DNA from: Alphaproteobacteria bacterium
GTDB lineage: Bacteria; Pseudomonadota; Alphaproteobacteria; MPNO01; UBA830
Length of the DNA stretch: 64,000 bases
Assembly: GCA_965243135.1 (NCBI GenBank)
Contig: OZ251539.1
Span: 2,240,001 to 2,304,000, forward strand
Reading direction: 5' to 3'
A program made the position numbers and the translations under genes. The stretch's first letter is position 1. Each line of letters begins with the position of its first letter. Under the pieces are notes generated by a model. That model was not told where the DNA came from, searched no databases, and was given only the letters and a program-made list of their open reading frames with translations. Shown here piece by piece: positions 21,634 to 31,965 of this stretch.

Positions 21634-23151
21634 CAGAAATTCCCGCTAACTCGTAGTGGTCGTGCCAAATGCAAAGAACTCTCTCGACAGGAGGCACGAC
21701 CGTCAGGACAGACGTCTAACGTTCGGCTTTATGGCCGAGCTTTCGTTGGTTATGTTTCCCCCTGAAGAACCTGCTACACACTTCGAAAATTTATTATGTC
21801 AGGAAGTATCGTAAGGTTCCAGAATCGGTTTCTTGTACGCTATCGCACGATAAAGCGCTTCCCAGCCTGGTAATGAAAAGTTGAAGAACATAGTCCTCAA
21901 CTTCTCCCAAAAGTAGCTGGAACGCTCGGCTTTCTTCTGTGCTCTTTGAAACAGATTGCAACATCTCTGCTGAATCTGGTCGATCAGGAAAGCCAGCATC
22001 TAAGCCAAGACATTCGACAGATGCTTGTAACCATGACCGAAGTTGTGTTCGAAGTTGTAGCCTTGGTTCTTCAGGGTGTTGAAGGTCTCGTTCACGCCAG
22101 CGCGCACGTCCGGCGCGCATTATCTCCATCAGGTTGTGGTCCCCTACTGGCAGGTCTGTAACCCAAGAGAAGCGTTGTTTTCCACCGTCGGGACGCTTTT
22201 CCCAGTACAAAGTTGACTTCAAGGTCGAAATTCGCGTCGTTGAGTGGCGCTTTGTTAAGATATCTGAATTCGTGCCGTACATCTTCTTCATCGGAAAATT
22301 CGGCACGTTTCACGGATCGTGACCTGTTCACTAAACAAAAATTTGTGATCACCCGGCTTGGCGCCTAGTATGAAGCGAAGGTTCAACTCCTTGAGACGGA
22401 TGCGGGCCGTTCGAGGCAAGCCCGTCCTCTACCAGTTTCAAAAACGGGTGCTCCCGCCGCACATCGCGCAACAATCGCGTCGCTGCGTTGCGTTCGCAAT
22501 CGTTTTTTTTCTTTCCGTCTTTCTTGGTAATCGGCTCCGGTGCAAGAGGGAAAACTTCCTTTTGTTCCGGGTGTACGAGAACTGCCCCCAACATCTGGTG
22601 GTAGTACGTGATTGTTCCGTTCCTGTGGTGCTTTTCACAACAGCTTTTACAGTGCACCTTGTGAGATGAAAAATATCCTGTTCCGTTAACGGATAAAAGA
22701 TAATGCCCGCCTAGACATGTGTAACCTTCCAGACCTTTTCCACGTTGAAGCAACTGGAACATCTTCGTAAAAGCGGGACGCAAACTATGAGGGTCCACGT
22801 CGTCCAGACGCTCGCGCAACCTGCTGTCGGAAGGTGCCCGCTCTATCCCGTACAACGTCGCAAGATTATTGCGAACCGTTTCATCAAAACGTGCGTCACG
22901 ATCAAACTTTAAAAGAGCTTCAAACCAAATACCGCAATCCCCGACATCAGGAAATCCGAAAGAGCGAGGCCTCGACTCGCCGTCAGATCCTCAATGCCGT
23001 CGAAAACCTCCCGGAGCGCCTTCAGCAATCCTGGAGCGCTGAGTGTCTTGCGCATGCCTGGCATTCTGGCCATTTTGCCCGCCTCGCCTTCGGACCATTT
23101 TCCAGAGAAAAATGCTCCGCTCGAGTAAGCGTTCGGTCGTGGGGTGATGGC

Positions 23152-24024
23152 CTATTCATTGAGGAGCCGCCTCCAGTCCCGGCGCAGGGGTTTCAGCCAG
23201 ATGTCCTTGACCGGGAGAGCGCGTTCTTTCCGGGTATCGAGCTTGCCGCGGCCCTGCGTTTTGCCGACCTTGGTCCAGTTGGCGGCCCGGTAGCAGGTTC
23301 CTTCGAAGCGCGTGCTCTCGCAGAAGGTCTCCATCAGGGCCGGGCGCAACGCGTAGCGGCCTTCCCAATCGTCGGGCAGGCGACATTCAACCATGGCAAG
23401 GATGCAGGACGCGAGGTTTTTGATCCGGACCCACGGCAAGATCAGGAACCTTGCATTGTTGACCACGAGAGGCAGGTTGCGGCGGCGGGTCTCGGGATCC
23501 CACCCGACAAGCTTGTCCCGCGGCGCGATCTTCCAGGCCGCGGCGCCGAAGCCGAGGACGGCGAGGGGTTCGCCTCCGGCGGCCCGAACGAAGTATCGCA
23601 TCTGCGCGCCGGGCAGCGTCGAATAGCCGAGATAGTGGTAGCGAGCGACGAACTCGTTCCAGAGGCGGCCTTCGCCCGCGTTCCGGACGGGCTCAACGGC
23701 GACGGGTTGGATATCGGCGAGACGCTCGGGGGTCGGGAACGGGGGCCTGTCGGTCGCGGGACCGGGCACGAGCGGACGGCGGACGACCGGCGCGCGCCTT
23801 GGCGGCGGCAAGACGATCACGCCGTCGCGATGCATGCGCAACATGGCGACGCGCGCGCTCATATCCTTTAGGCCGCCGTCGGGCTTGCGCCAGTCGAGGC
23901 GGCGGCAGACCTCCCGCGACAGCGCCCGGCGGTGGAGGCCGCCCCTCGCGATCAGGCCGCGGATCATGTCGACCTCGTCCTCGGAGAAGTCGCGCCCGCA
24001 GTAGCGGCGGGGGCTGCCGCTCAC
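23152..24024 (-). CDS. DUF4338 (Druantia DruA-like) protein
   Basis: RYCGRDF start (GTGA overlap with the transposase stop), YHYLGY..LPGAQMRY, RDKLVGW, VVNNARFLILPWV and ETFCESTRFEGTCYRAANW..VGKTQGRG. Confidence 0.9.
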   Translation of the reverse strand: MSGSPRRYCGRDFSEDEVDMIRGLIARGGLHRRALSREVCRRLDWRKPDGGLKDMSARVAMLRMHRDGVIVLPPPRRAPVVRRPLVPGPATDRPPFPTPERLADIQPVAVEPVRNAGEGRLWNEFVARYHYLGYSTLPGAQMRYFVRAAGGEPLAVLGFGAAAWKIAPRDKLVGWDPETRRRNLPLVVNNARFLILPWVRIKNLASCILAMVECRLPDDWEGRYALRPALMETFCESTRFEGTCYRAANWTKVGKTQGRGKLDTRKERALPVKDIWLKPLRRDWRRLLNE

Positions 24025-25667
24025 GGTCCTTGGGGGAGAGCGGGACGCCAGGAGCGGAGACGCTCCTCGCCTGCGCCCCACGGCAGCCAGGCAGCAGGGC
24101 CTTCGGGCGGCGGACCGCGATGCCGGGCGCAGGCATCGAGATAACCGAGTAGCCAGCGGTACGGCGAGACGCCGGCCATCTCGAGCGTGCCGAAGATGGA
24201 ATAGAGCATGCCCGCCAACTGCGCTCCGTCCACGCTATGCGACCCGAACGAGAGCTTCCGGCCGATCGCGAGGCCGCGCAGGCCGCGTTCGGCGGGGTTG
24301 TTGTCCATGGGAACGTCTGCGTTGTCGACGAACACTGTCAGGCCGTCGCGGTGGCGTAGCAGGGAGTCCAGAGGGCCGCGTTGCGCCGCGCTCTCCGGAA
24401 GCGCGTCCCGTGCCTTTTTCGCCGCCGCGAAGAACGCTCCGGCGAATCTCGCGAGCCGCCGCTGGGCGGCGGCGTTGCCCGGACACGCCAGACGCCTGGC
24501 GTTGAGTCGGTACAATGCCGCAATGTGACGAAGCCATTTTTGGGCGAACTTCGCGAGGTTCGGGTAGCCGGTCTCAAGGTTGATGAAGTCCCGTCTGGCA
24601 TGGACCCAACAATATGAAAGGACGATGCACCCTTCCATGACGCGCGCCAGCTTCCGGTAGGCGGAGTAGCGGTCGCAGACCAGGTGAGCCGCCTGTTCGG
24701 GCGAGCCGAGCCCCCTGAACAGTTCAAGGGCGGCTTCCGCGCTGCGCGACGGCAGAATAACGATGCGAACCGCGTCCGCCGACCGGGCGATCCATGCCCA
24801 GGCGCGAGCGTTGCCGCCGTCTTCTTCGCCCAACTCCCGTATCCACCACCCTGTTTCGTCGCCGTGAACGACCGGCGCCTCCGACAGGCGCCGGGAGATC
24901 TCATCGTCGAGCGGCTCGAACAGTCGCAGGAATCCCCGCTGAGCGTCCGCCAACGTGCCGGGCGCAATGGCAAGCCCGTGCTGACCCAGCGCGCGGCAGA
25001 CCGAGCGCAACGGACGGTGCAGGCCGTACCTCTCCGCCAGGACGTACGCCCAGACGGAAACTCCGTACCGAGTGTTCGGAAACAGCCGCGCCGGAGCCGG
25101 GCCGACGGCCTCCTTTTCCGGTCGGCAGGTACAGGTCGGGCGCAGCCGCTTCCGTCGAATCCTCCGGACATAGGTGACGGTCCTGGTCTCGATGAGATCC
25201 GTGTCCTTCCAACCGTTCGAGACCCAGGCCTTGCCGCAGTCCGGACACGTGCGCTCGTCCGGAAGCGACTCCTCCTCGCGAACGGGCAGCTCGGGGTGCG
25301 GCGTGCGGCCGTGCGACGGCGTTCCCTGACTGCGCCCCCGGCGTCGACCGGTTGCCGTAGGCTGCCGCTCGCTGCGGCGCCCGAACAACTCCCGGGCAAA
25401 CCTGCGGCTGCGGGACTTCAGACTCTCGTTCTCTGCCGTCTCTCGGGGCGGCGCCTCGCGTCTCTTTTTCAGGATTCTAATCAGCGCCATCGCCCGGTGG
25501 AAAGCTCCCTGCCACCTCTCGGCGTCGCGGCGAAACTTCTCCGCTTTATCGAGTGCGCTTTCCAGCGCCTGGCAGAGAGCCGCATTCGCTCGGCATGCCG
25601 CAGCCAGAGCTTGGCCGTCGCCCGACAGCTCGGTCCCGGAAAGCGTGCGTGCAGATTCGACCGCCAT
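24021..25667 (-). CDS. IS66-family transposase (TnpC-like; no tnpA/tnpB genes)
   Basis: LFGRRSE, CPDCG zinc motif, HGDETGW, CDRYSAY, CWVHARRDF and DNNPAERGLR..AIGRK. Confidence 0.93.
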   Translation of the reverse strand: MAVESARTLSGTELSGDGQALAAACRANAALCQALESALDKAEKFRRDAERWQGAFHRAMALIRILKKRREAPPRETAENESLKSRSRRFARELFGRRSERQPTATGRRRGRSQGTPSHGRTPHPELPVREEESLPDERTCPDCGKAWVSNGWKDTDLIETRTVTYVRRIRRKRLRPTCTCRPEKEAVGPAPARLFPNTRYGVSVWAYVLAERYGLHRPLRSVCRALGQHGLAIAPGTLADAQRGFLRLFEPLDDEISRRLSEAPVVHGDETGWWIRELGEEDGGNARAWAWIARSADAVRIVILPSRSAEAALELFRGLGSPEQAAHLVCDRYSAYRKLARVMEGCIVLSYCWVHARRDFINLETGYPNLAKFAQKWLRHIAALYRLNARRLACPGNAAAQRRLARFAGAFFAAAKKARDALPESAAQRGPLDSLLRHRDGLTVFVDNADVPMDNNPAERGLRGLAIGRKLSFGSHSVDGAQLAGMLYSIFGTLEMAGVSPYRWLLGYLDACARHRGPPPEGPAAWLPWGAGEERLRSWRPALPQGP

Positions 25668-26030
25668 GGCAGCCGTATACAAGAACAAAAGAAGAGTGTC
25701 CAGGCCTGGGCGATTCGCCTGGCTCGACAGCCCGCTTCGCAACCGAACGCTTACTCTCCGGGACTTCGCGAGAAACCTGTTGCCGGGTGCCAACCAGAGG
25801 GGCGGCGTAGGCCGCGGCAGTACCCGAAACGAACGCGCCCTCCCGGTCAAGGACGTCTGGTTGAAGCCCCTGCCTGGAGGCAGGCCTCAACGTCGCCACC
25901 CCACGACCGAACGCTTACCCGCTCGAAGGCAAATAGCCCCGAATCGCCTCGAAAAGTCTACGAAAAATTTTTTTCAGATCCCATATTTTTCAAGGATTTC
26001 GAGCCTTAGCGGAAATTGCTGATCCTGTGT

Positions 26031-27596
26031 CAGAAATTCCCGCTAACTTGTAGTGGTCGTGTCAAATGTAAAGGACTTTCTCGGCAGAAGGTGCGACCGC
26101 CAGGACAGACGTCTAACGTTCGGCTTAATGACCGAAGCTTTCGTTGGTTATGTTTCCCCCTGAAGAACCTGCTACACACTTCGAAAATTTATTATATCAA
26201 GAAGTATCGTAAGGTTCCAGAATCGGCTTCTTGTGTCCGAACGCTATCGCACGATAAAGCGTTTCCCAGCCTGGTAGTGAAAAGTTGAAGAACATAGCTC
26301 TCAACTTCTCCCACAAGTAGATGGAACGCTCGGCTTTCTTCTGTGCTCTTTGAAACAGATTACAACATCTCTGTTGAATCGATCAGGAAAGCCAGCATCT
26401 TAGCAAAGACATTCGACAAATGCTTGTAACCATGACCGAAGTTGTGTTCGAAGTTGTAACCTTGGTTCTTCAGGGTGTTGAAGGTCTCGTTCACGCCAGC
26501 GCGCACGTCCGGCGCGCATTATTTCCATCAGGTTGTGATCTCCTACTGGCAGGTCTGTAACCCAAGAGAAGCGTTGCTTTCTGCCGTCGGGATGCTTTTC
26601 CCAGTACAAAGTTGACTTCAAGGTCGAAATTCGCGTCATTGAGTGGTGCCTTGTTAAGATATTCGTGCATTACACCTTCTTCAAAATTCGGCACGTTTCA
26701 CAGATCGTAACCTGTTCACTAAACAAAAATTTATGGTCTCCCGGCTTGGCACCCAGTATGAAGCGAAGGTTCAACTCCTTGAGCTGATGCGGGCCGTTCG
26801 AGGCAAGCCCGTCCTCTACCACTATCAATTTCAAAAATGGATGCTCCCGCCGCACATCGCGCAACAGTCGTGTCGCCGCGTTGCGTTCGCAATCGTTTTT
26901 CTTCTTTCCGTCTTTCTTGGTGATCGGCTCCGGTGCAAGAGGGAAAACTTCCTTTTGGCGCACGAGAACTGCCCCCAGCATCTGGTGGTAGTATCGTTCC
27001 GTTCCTGTGGTGCTTTTCACAACAACTTTTACAGTGCACCTTGTGAGATGAAAAATATCCTGTTCCGTCAACGGATAAAAGATAATGTCCGCCTAGACAG
27101 GTGTAACCTTCCAGACCCTTTCCGCGCTGAAGCAATTGGAACATCTTCGTGAAAGCGGGACGTAGGGGGTCCACGTCGTCCAGACGCTCGCGCAACCTGG
27201 TGTCGGAAGGCGCTCTCTCTATCCCGTACAATGTCGCAAGATTATTGCGAACTGTTTCATCAGAACGTGCGTCGCGATCAAACTTCAAAAGAGCATCAAA
27301 CCAAATATCGCAATCCCCGACATCAGGCAAAGGGCGACGCCTCGACTCGCCGTTAGATCCTCAATGCCGTCAAAAATTTCCCGGAGCGCCTTCAGCAATC
27401 CCGGAGCGCTGAGCGTCTTGCGCATGCCTGGCATTCTGGCCATTTTGGTACGATCCCGCCTCGCCTTCGGAGCACTTTCCAGAGAAAAATTCTCCGCTCG
27501 AAGACAAATAGCCCCGAATAGCCTCGAAAAGTCTACGAAAAATTTTTTTCGGACCCCATATTTTCCAAGGGTTTCAAGCCTTAGCGGGAATTGCTG
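26031..27596 (-). mobile_element. ISNCY-type DDE element, copy 2 (degenerate transposase ~26195-27443), tandem to copy 1
   Basis: Same TIRs as copy 1. atcctgtgt at 26022-26030 and 27597-27605. Diverged from copy 1 with different frameshifts. Confidence 0.85.
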
Positions 27597-29573
27597 ATCC
27601 TGTGTCTTCGTTCGTATGTATGCCTCTGATGCCATTGCTGGAATCCAGAGCCCATTTCAGCATGGGTTTTCCCACGTCGTCGATGCCCGCGAACATTGCT
27701 CTGGATTTGATGACCGGAATCATCCCCTTATCCAGCAGCCACGGCCGCTTTTCCGCTCCCTGCAGGACGCCGCCGCTCCAGTCGACCTCCGGCAGACCGG
27801 GTTCGTCCTCCGCCTGCCGCGCCGCGCCCGTCCGCGCCGGATCCACCGGCCGTTTCCCGCGGTCGATCGCTTGGAACACGTCCTCGGCCGTCCGCGCCCC
27901 GCGGCCGCGGAATGCCTCGCGGATCGTCTCAATCAGCCGTGCGATCCGTGCGAATAGCCATGAGGTCCGTTCTTCGGCATCGAGCCTGCTTTCGCTCCAC
28001 CGCCGCCAGGCTTCTGCCACCGCCTCCTCGATGACGATCTCTTCCGGCTCGCCTGCGTAGCGTTCGCGAATGCCGAAGGCGTCGATCCAGTCGTCCCGCG
28101 CCCGCGCCGCGAGGATCTCCCATTCATCCTCGCCGATCGCGCAGAGATTCCGCAGCGCGTGGACGATCTCGTGCCGCAGCACGCTCCGCATCGTGTTCGG
28201 CTCGGCCAGTGCGACCTCGATGACGCCGCGTGCGTAGCGGCCTTCGACGCCCTTTTCGAGATCCGCGGTCAGCCGCAGGCCGACCGCCCCGGCGCCGATC
28301 GCGTCGAGTTCCGCCCGCAACTCCGCGAACGCCGCTTGCCGCTCCGCTTCCGGGAACGTCCGCCGCGGTCCGTCCATTTCCGCGCGCCGCGCCTCGCGCG
28401 GTCCGCCGGACGCGCCCGTCAACGGGCCGAGCGCCGCCCGCAGCGCGTCCGGTCCCGAATCGAGCAGGTCGTCGTTCGCGTCCTTGCCCTGCGGCAGCGC
28501 CCGCGAAACCCGGACCTCCGAGTCGGCGAACCGCGCCTGCAGCGCTTCCCACGCCCGTTCGCCCGCCGCGTCGCGGTCCTGAACCAGAACCGCCTCGCGG
28601 ACCTGCGCCGGAATTTCGACGCCGGCGATCCTTCCGGCCGACAGGGTCGCCGCCACCGCCAGCCCCCGGCGCTCGCCCGGGGTCAGCACCCGCAGGACGG
28701 CCATGGCGTCCTCGATCCCCTCGCACAGCGCGACCCGTTTCGCCGTCCGCGGATCGCCGAACCAGACCGCGCCGCGACCGGGCATGCCCATGTTGCGCTT
28801 GCGGCCCTCGATTTCGGCCGGGCGGCCGTCCGGCGCGAGGAAGATGCGGTGAACCGCTTCCAGGGTTCCGTCGGGCGTCCGCACCGGCGCCAGCAGCGCC
28901 GGCAGCGCCCTGGTTTCGCCGTCCGCGCATGGCCGCTCGCCGCGCGGATCAGGTCGAGCAGGTCGCCTTTCTCGCCGGTCGCGGCGTCGGTCCACTTGCC
29001 CCGGCGGCCGCCCGCCAGGTGGACGTAGAGCGACTGGCCGCGCTCTCCCGCCACCGACCCCGCCTGCCAGTAGTTGCCGGCGCGCCGGCCGTTCGGCAGC
29101 CAGGTCCGGCAGACTTCCTCCGCCCGCGCCGCCAGCGCCGCGGACAGGTCCGCCGCCGAGGGCCGCGTCGCGCTGCGCTCGGGCGCCGGCGCCATCTCCT
29201 CCTCCGCGTTCCGGAACGTGGATCCGCCGTTCCGTTCATGCCCGGGCGCGGCGGCCTTCCGATAGCCGTCCGCGCGAAGGTACTGCGTCTCGAATTCGTC
29301 CAGGTCATCCTTGTCGATCCCGGCGACGCGGTCCAGCACCGGCGCGTAGCGGCGGGGCTTCGCCCGCCAGCGCGCCGCCGTCTCCAGCGCCGCCGCGCGC
29401 CGCGCCAGCGTCGCGGCGAAGGCCGGCTCGGCCGCCACCGCCGGGCCTTCCCGGCGCGCCCGCTCGCGCAGGTATCCCCAAGCTTCCATGATCTCGCCGC
29501 GTTCGCGCGCGAAAGCGCGCATCTCCTCTCCGTAGCGCAGGTCGAGGGCGGCGTTGCGGACGGCGCGCGCCAT
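27597..29573 (-). pseudogene. 5' part of the polyvalent protein: TraC-like primase/toprim region plus first zincin domain
   Basis: GERGQSLYVHL...GKWTDAATGEKGDLLDLI, PALLAPV...VHRIFL, CEGIEDAMA, QDRDAAG, KDANDDL and LRHEIVHALR. Internal deletion/frameshift near 28930; the start is uncertain. Confidence 0.75.
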
Positions 29574-29965
29574 CCGCGCGCTCCAGTTGTCGTTCGCCCC
29601 GCGCGCCTCCGCCGTCCGCCCGGCGTCGTTGGCCGGCTCCGCGTCTTCGCCGCCGGCCGCCTCGCGCCGTTCCGGACCCGCGGCCCGTTCGGCGTCCGCT
29701 TCGACGCCGCGTGGTGAGCGATGACCGGAACGCACGCCGCGAACGAAAACCAGGCATTGGAGGTCATTGCGGCCTGACCGCAGAAATCCTTTTCCGGAAC
29801 GAAACAGGATTTTACAAAAATAGGTCTGCACCCCGCCTCGCCCACCAGACATGAAGGCGATTCGGTGCAGGAAACGGCGTCATCGGAGTTCGCTCACGGG
29901 TGCTCTCGATACCAAGCGCCGCTATCGGCAACCAGCGTTCGATTAACCGAACATCGGACATTTTG

Positions 29966-30706
29966 TTAAACCCACTCCTCAGCATGTTCCATCAAAATCT
30001 CTTCACTCATCGGGAAAAAAGATCTGTTTGTCGAGAAAAACCTCGTTAACTTATTGTTTAGTGGACGCAAAATGACTCCTGCGCGATCATGTATTTCCTC
30101 ATATGTTTGACATTTTTCCAGACCATCGTTGAGTGCATTCCAATGCCTTTGTCTAGCCGTTCGCAAACGTTCGACGTTCAAACCAAGTATTTTAATTGTC
30201 TTGCACGTCTTCTCGAAAGAAAATCCAGTTTTAGCGCAAGCCGCCTCGTCTGCCACGATTTTACCGTCGCGCCGAACCCTTACCACGGACGGAAACGCAG
30301 GCAACGCTCTGGGATCGATAAAGTCCGGATCCATGGTGTCGCCTTTCGCTTCGCCGCAGCTACGATTCTGCCTGATTGGATCAAGCTTCCGCTCATTGTC
30401 AACTTCGTGCTTCCGCGTTCCGCCCTTGCAACAAGCGATCAAATTAGCTGCGTCAAGCTCCCGCTTTCCCCCTTCTAGACTGTTCCGTGGAACTACATGT
30501 TCGACTTGGCGATCAAGTTCGGCAAGATCAATCTCGCAATATCCGCAGAGTCCATGTTGAACGCCCAAAAGTGCTTCGATCAGCTCTCGATATGCCGCCC
30601 CGGAATCGTGATTTCGAAATCCCGTCCAATCTGCACCGCGCCCCTCAAGTTCAAGGTAAGCGACGAGACCAGGCGTGGGATAGATTAAATCCCGGATTCG
30701 TTTCAC
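29966..30706 (-). CDS. HNH endonuclease, PtuB/TIGR02646-like
   Basis: QHGLCGYCE...VEHVVP...NLIACC...SCGEAK. GTGA overlap with the ATPase stop. Confidence 0.85.
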   Translation of the reverse strand: MKRIRDLIYPTPGLVAYLELEGRGADWTGFRNHDSGAAYRELIEALLGVQHGLCGYCEIDLAELDRQVEHVVPRNSLEGGKRELDAANLIACCKGGTRKHEVDNERKLDPIRQNRSCGEAKGDTMDPDFIDPRALPAFPSVVRVRRDGKIVADEAACAKTGFSFEKTCKTIKILGLNVERLRTARQRHWNALNDGLEKCQTYEEIHDRAGVILRPLNNKLTRFFSTNRSFFPMSEEILMEHAEEWV

Positions 30707-31965
30707 CGGGGTTTTTCCGCAGTTATCTTGCGCCACCTGATTTCGATATCGGCTGTGTCGAGATCATAGTCATCCGGCGAGAGTTTTTCGAGTTTGCGCC
30801 TCAATTTCAGCGCTTCCTTGGTTTCGCCATAACCATCGCCGACAAGGTTCATGTATTCGTGCAGCGCAGAAGTAAACTCGTTATCGGGAGGCCGTTCAGC
30901 GACGCCCATGACTGCGGAAAGTACGCCGCCAGCCGTAGCGCCGTAAGTCGGCGCCGCTGTTCCTCCGGCAACGATCTTGTCGCCCTCGCGAGCTAATTCG
31001 ATAATATGATGAGGTTTAATGGTCGTCAGCACCTGCGGACTATGCGTGGATACGATGAACTGCGTGTTGGGAAACGTATCCGACAGATCGCTCAGAATGC
31101 GCTGCTGCCAAGCAGGATGCAGATGCAGGTCAATCTCGTCTATCAGGACGATCGCCTCTGATTTAAGCGGATCTTCGAGGTGTGGATTTCCCTGCGCCAT
31201 TCGCCTCGATAAATCGGCCGCAAGCGCCATTGCCATGCGGTAGCCGCCACTAAGTTGGTTGGTCTCCAATTCTTGCTTCTTGCCCTTTTCGGATCTTACG
31301 GATATGAAAAAACGAAGCGGACGCTGCTTGACGCGAGGTTCCGACAATCCCGTCATGGATGCGATTGCCGTGCGCACCGCTTTCAATTCTTTCAGTTGAT
31401 AACCAAAGTCTTTTTGCTCCTTCTGCTCTCTTAGCTCCTCATTCTCCATGGCGTAAAACCACCGGAAAAACTCTCTGAAGTTGGGTCGCGCGGACAGTGC
31501 GCCTTCCAGGGCCGCGTATCGCGGAAACTCGGTCTTGGGCTGACTACGGGATAGCGGCGCCTCGAACATCGCGCGGTCCGTGTCGTAGTAAGCGACGATG
31601 GGAAGATCCAACGGCGCGGCCTCTTCCCGATCTGCGTCGACGATACTGTCAATGGCATTTCTAAGTTCTCGTCGAGAGGTCTTCCGCCTCTGTCCGCTTA
31701 TCCCGCGATCCCATTTTATGCCATCGCATGTCGTCAAAGTGACGCGCAAAGGATTTAGTCCGCGCCGGTCGGATTTGCGAAAACTTATGCTCGAAACGTC
31801 GGGCAACAACCTCAAGATTGCGCCGAAACCAACAGCGATCGCGCTCAGAACGCTGGTCTTGCCGTGAGCGTTCGCGCCGTGAAACACCGTCAATTGCGGA
31901 TCCAGCGGCAGGTCGAGTCGCTCGATGGCCCTGTAATTTTCGATTTCCACGCGGTCCAGCTTCAT
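30703..31965 (-). CDS. ABC-type ATPase, PtuA-like (Septu/retron Ec78 effector type)
   Basis: IENYRAI, GANAHGKTS, LSGGYR, LIDEIDLHLHPAWQ and STHSP. Confidence 0.88.
   Translation of the reverse strand: MKLDRVEIENYRAIERLDLPLDPQLTVFHGANAHGKTSVLSAIAVGFGAILRLLPDVSSISFRKSDRRGLNPLRVTLTTCDGIKWDRGISGQRRKTSRRELRNAIDSIVDADREEAAPLDLPIVAYYDTDRAMFEAPLSRSQPKTEFPRYAALEGALSARPNFREFFRWFYAMENEELREQKEQKDFGYQLKELKAVRTAIASMTGLSEPRVKQRPLRFFISVRSEKGKKQELETNQLSGGYRMAMALAADLSRRMAQGNPHLEDPLKSEAIVLIDEIDLHLHPAWQQRILSDLSDTFPNTQFIVSTHSPQVLTTIKPHHIIELAREGDKIVAGGTAAPTYGATAGGVLSAVMGVAERPPDNEFTSALHEYMNLVGDGYGETKEALKLRRKLEKLSPDDYDLDTADIEIRWRKITAEKPR

Larger units (their letters stand above)
23125..25918 (-). mobile_element. 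Apparently intact IS66-family element carrying transposase plus DUF4338 gene
   Basis: TIR gtaagcgttcggtcgtggggtg / caccccacgaccgaacgcttac and 8-bp TSD ccgctcga (23117-23124, 25919-25926). The empty site is visible in the sister IS at ~27494. Confidence 0.95.
21634..26021 (-). mobile_element. ISNCY-type DDE element, copy 1 (degenerate transposase ~21799-23073), interrupted by IS66
   Basis: TIR cagaaattcccgctaa / ttagcggaaattgctg and TSD atcctgtgt. Motifs SV(N/D)GTGYFSS, YYHQMLGA, KNDCERNA, EDGLASNGPH and GRARW. Confidence 0.85.

Noticed and set aside
23152-24024. Druantia defence system
   Set aside because: No DruE-type helicase or other dru genes; the DUF4338 genes lie within IS boundaries.
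29966-31965. Retron (Ec78-type)
   Set aside because: No reverse transcriptase (YADD) gene or msr/msd region is visible in the window.
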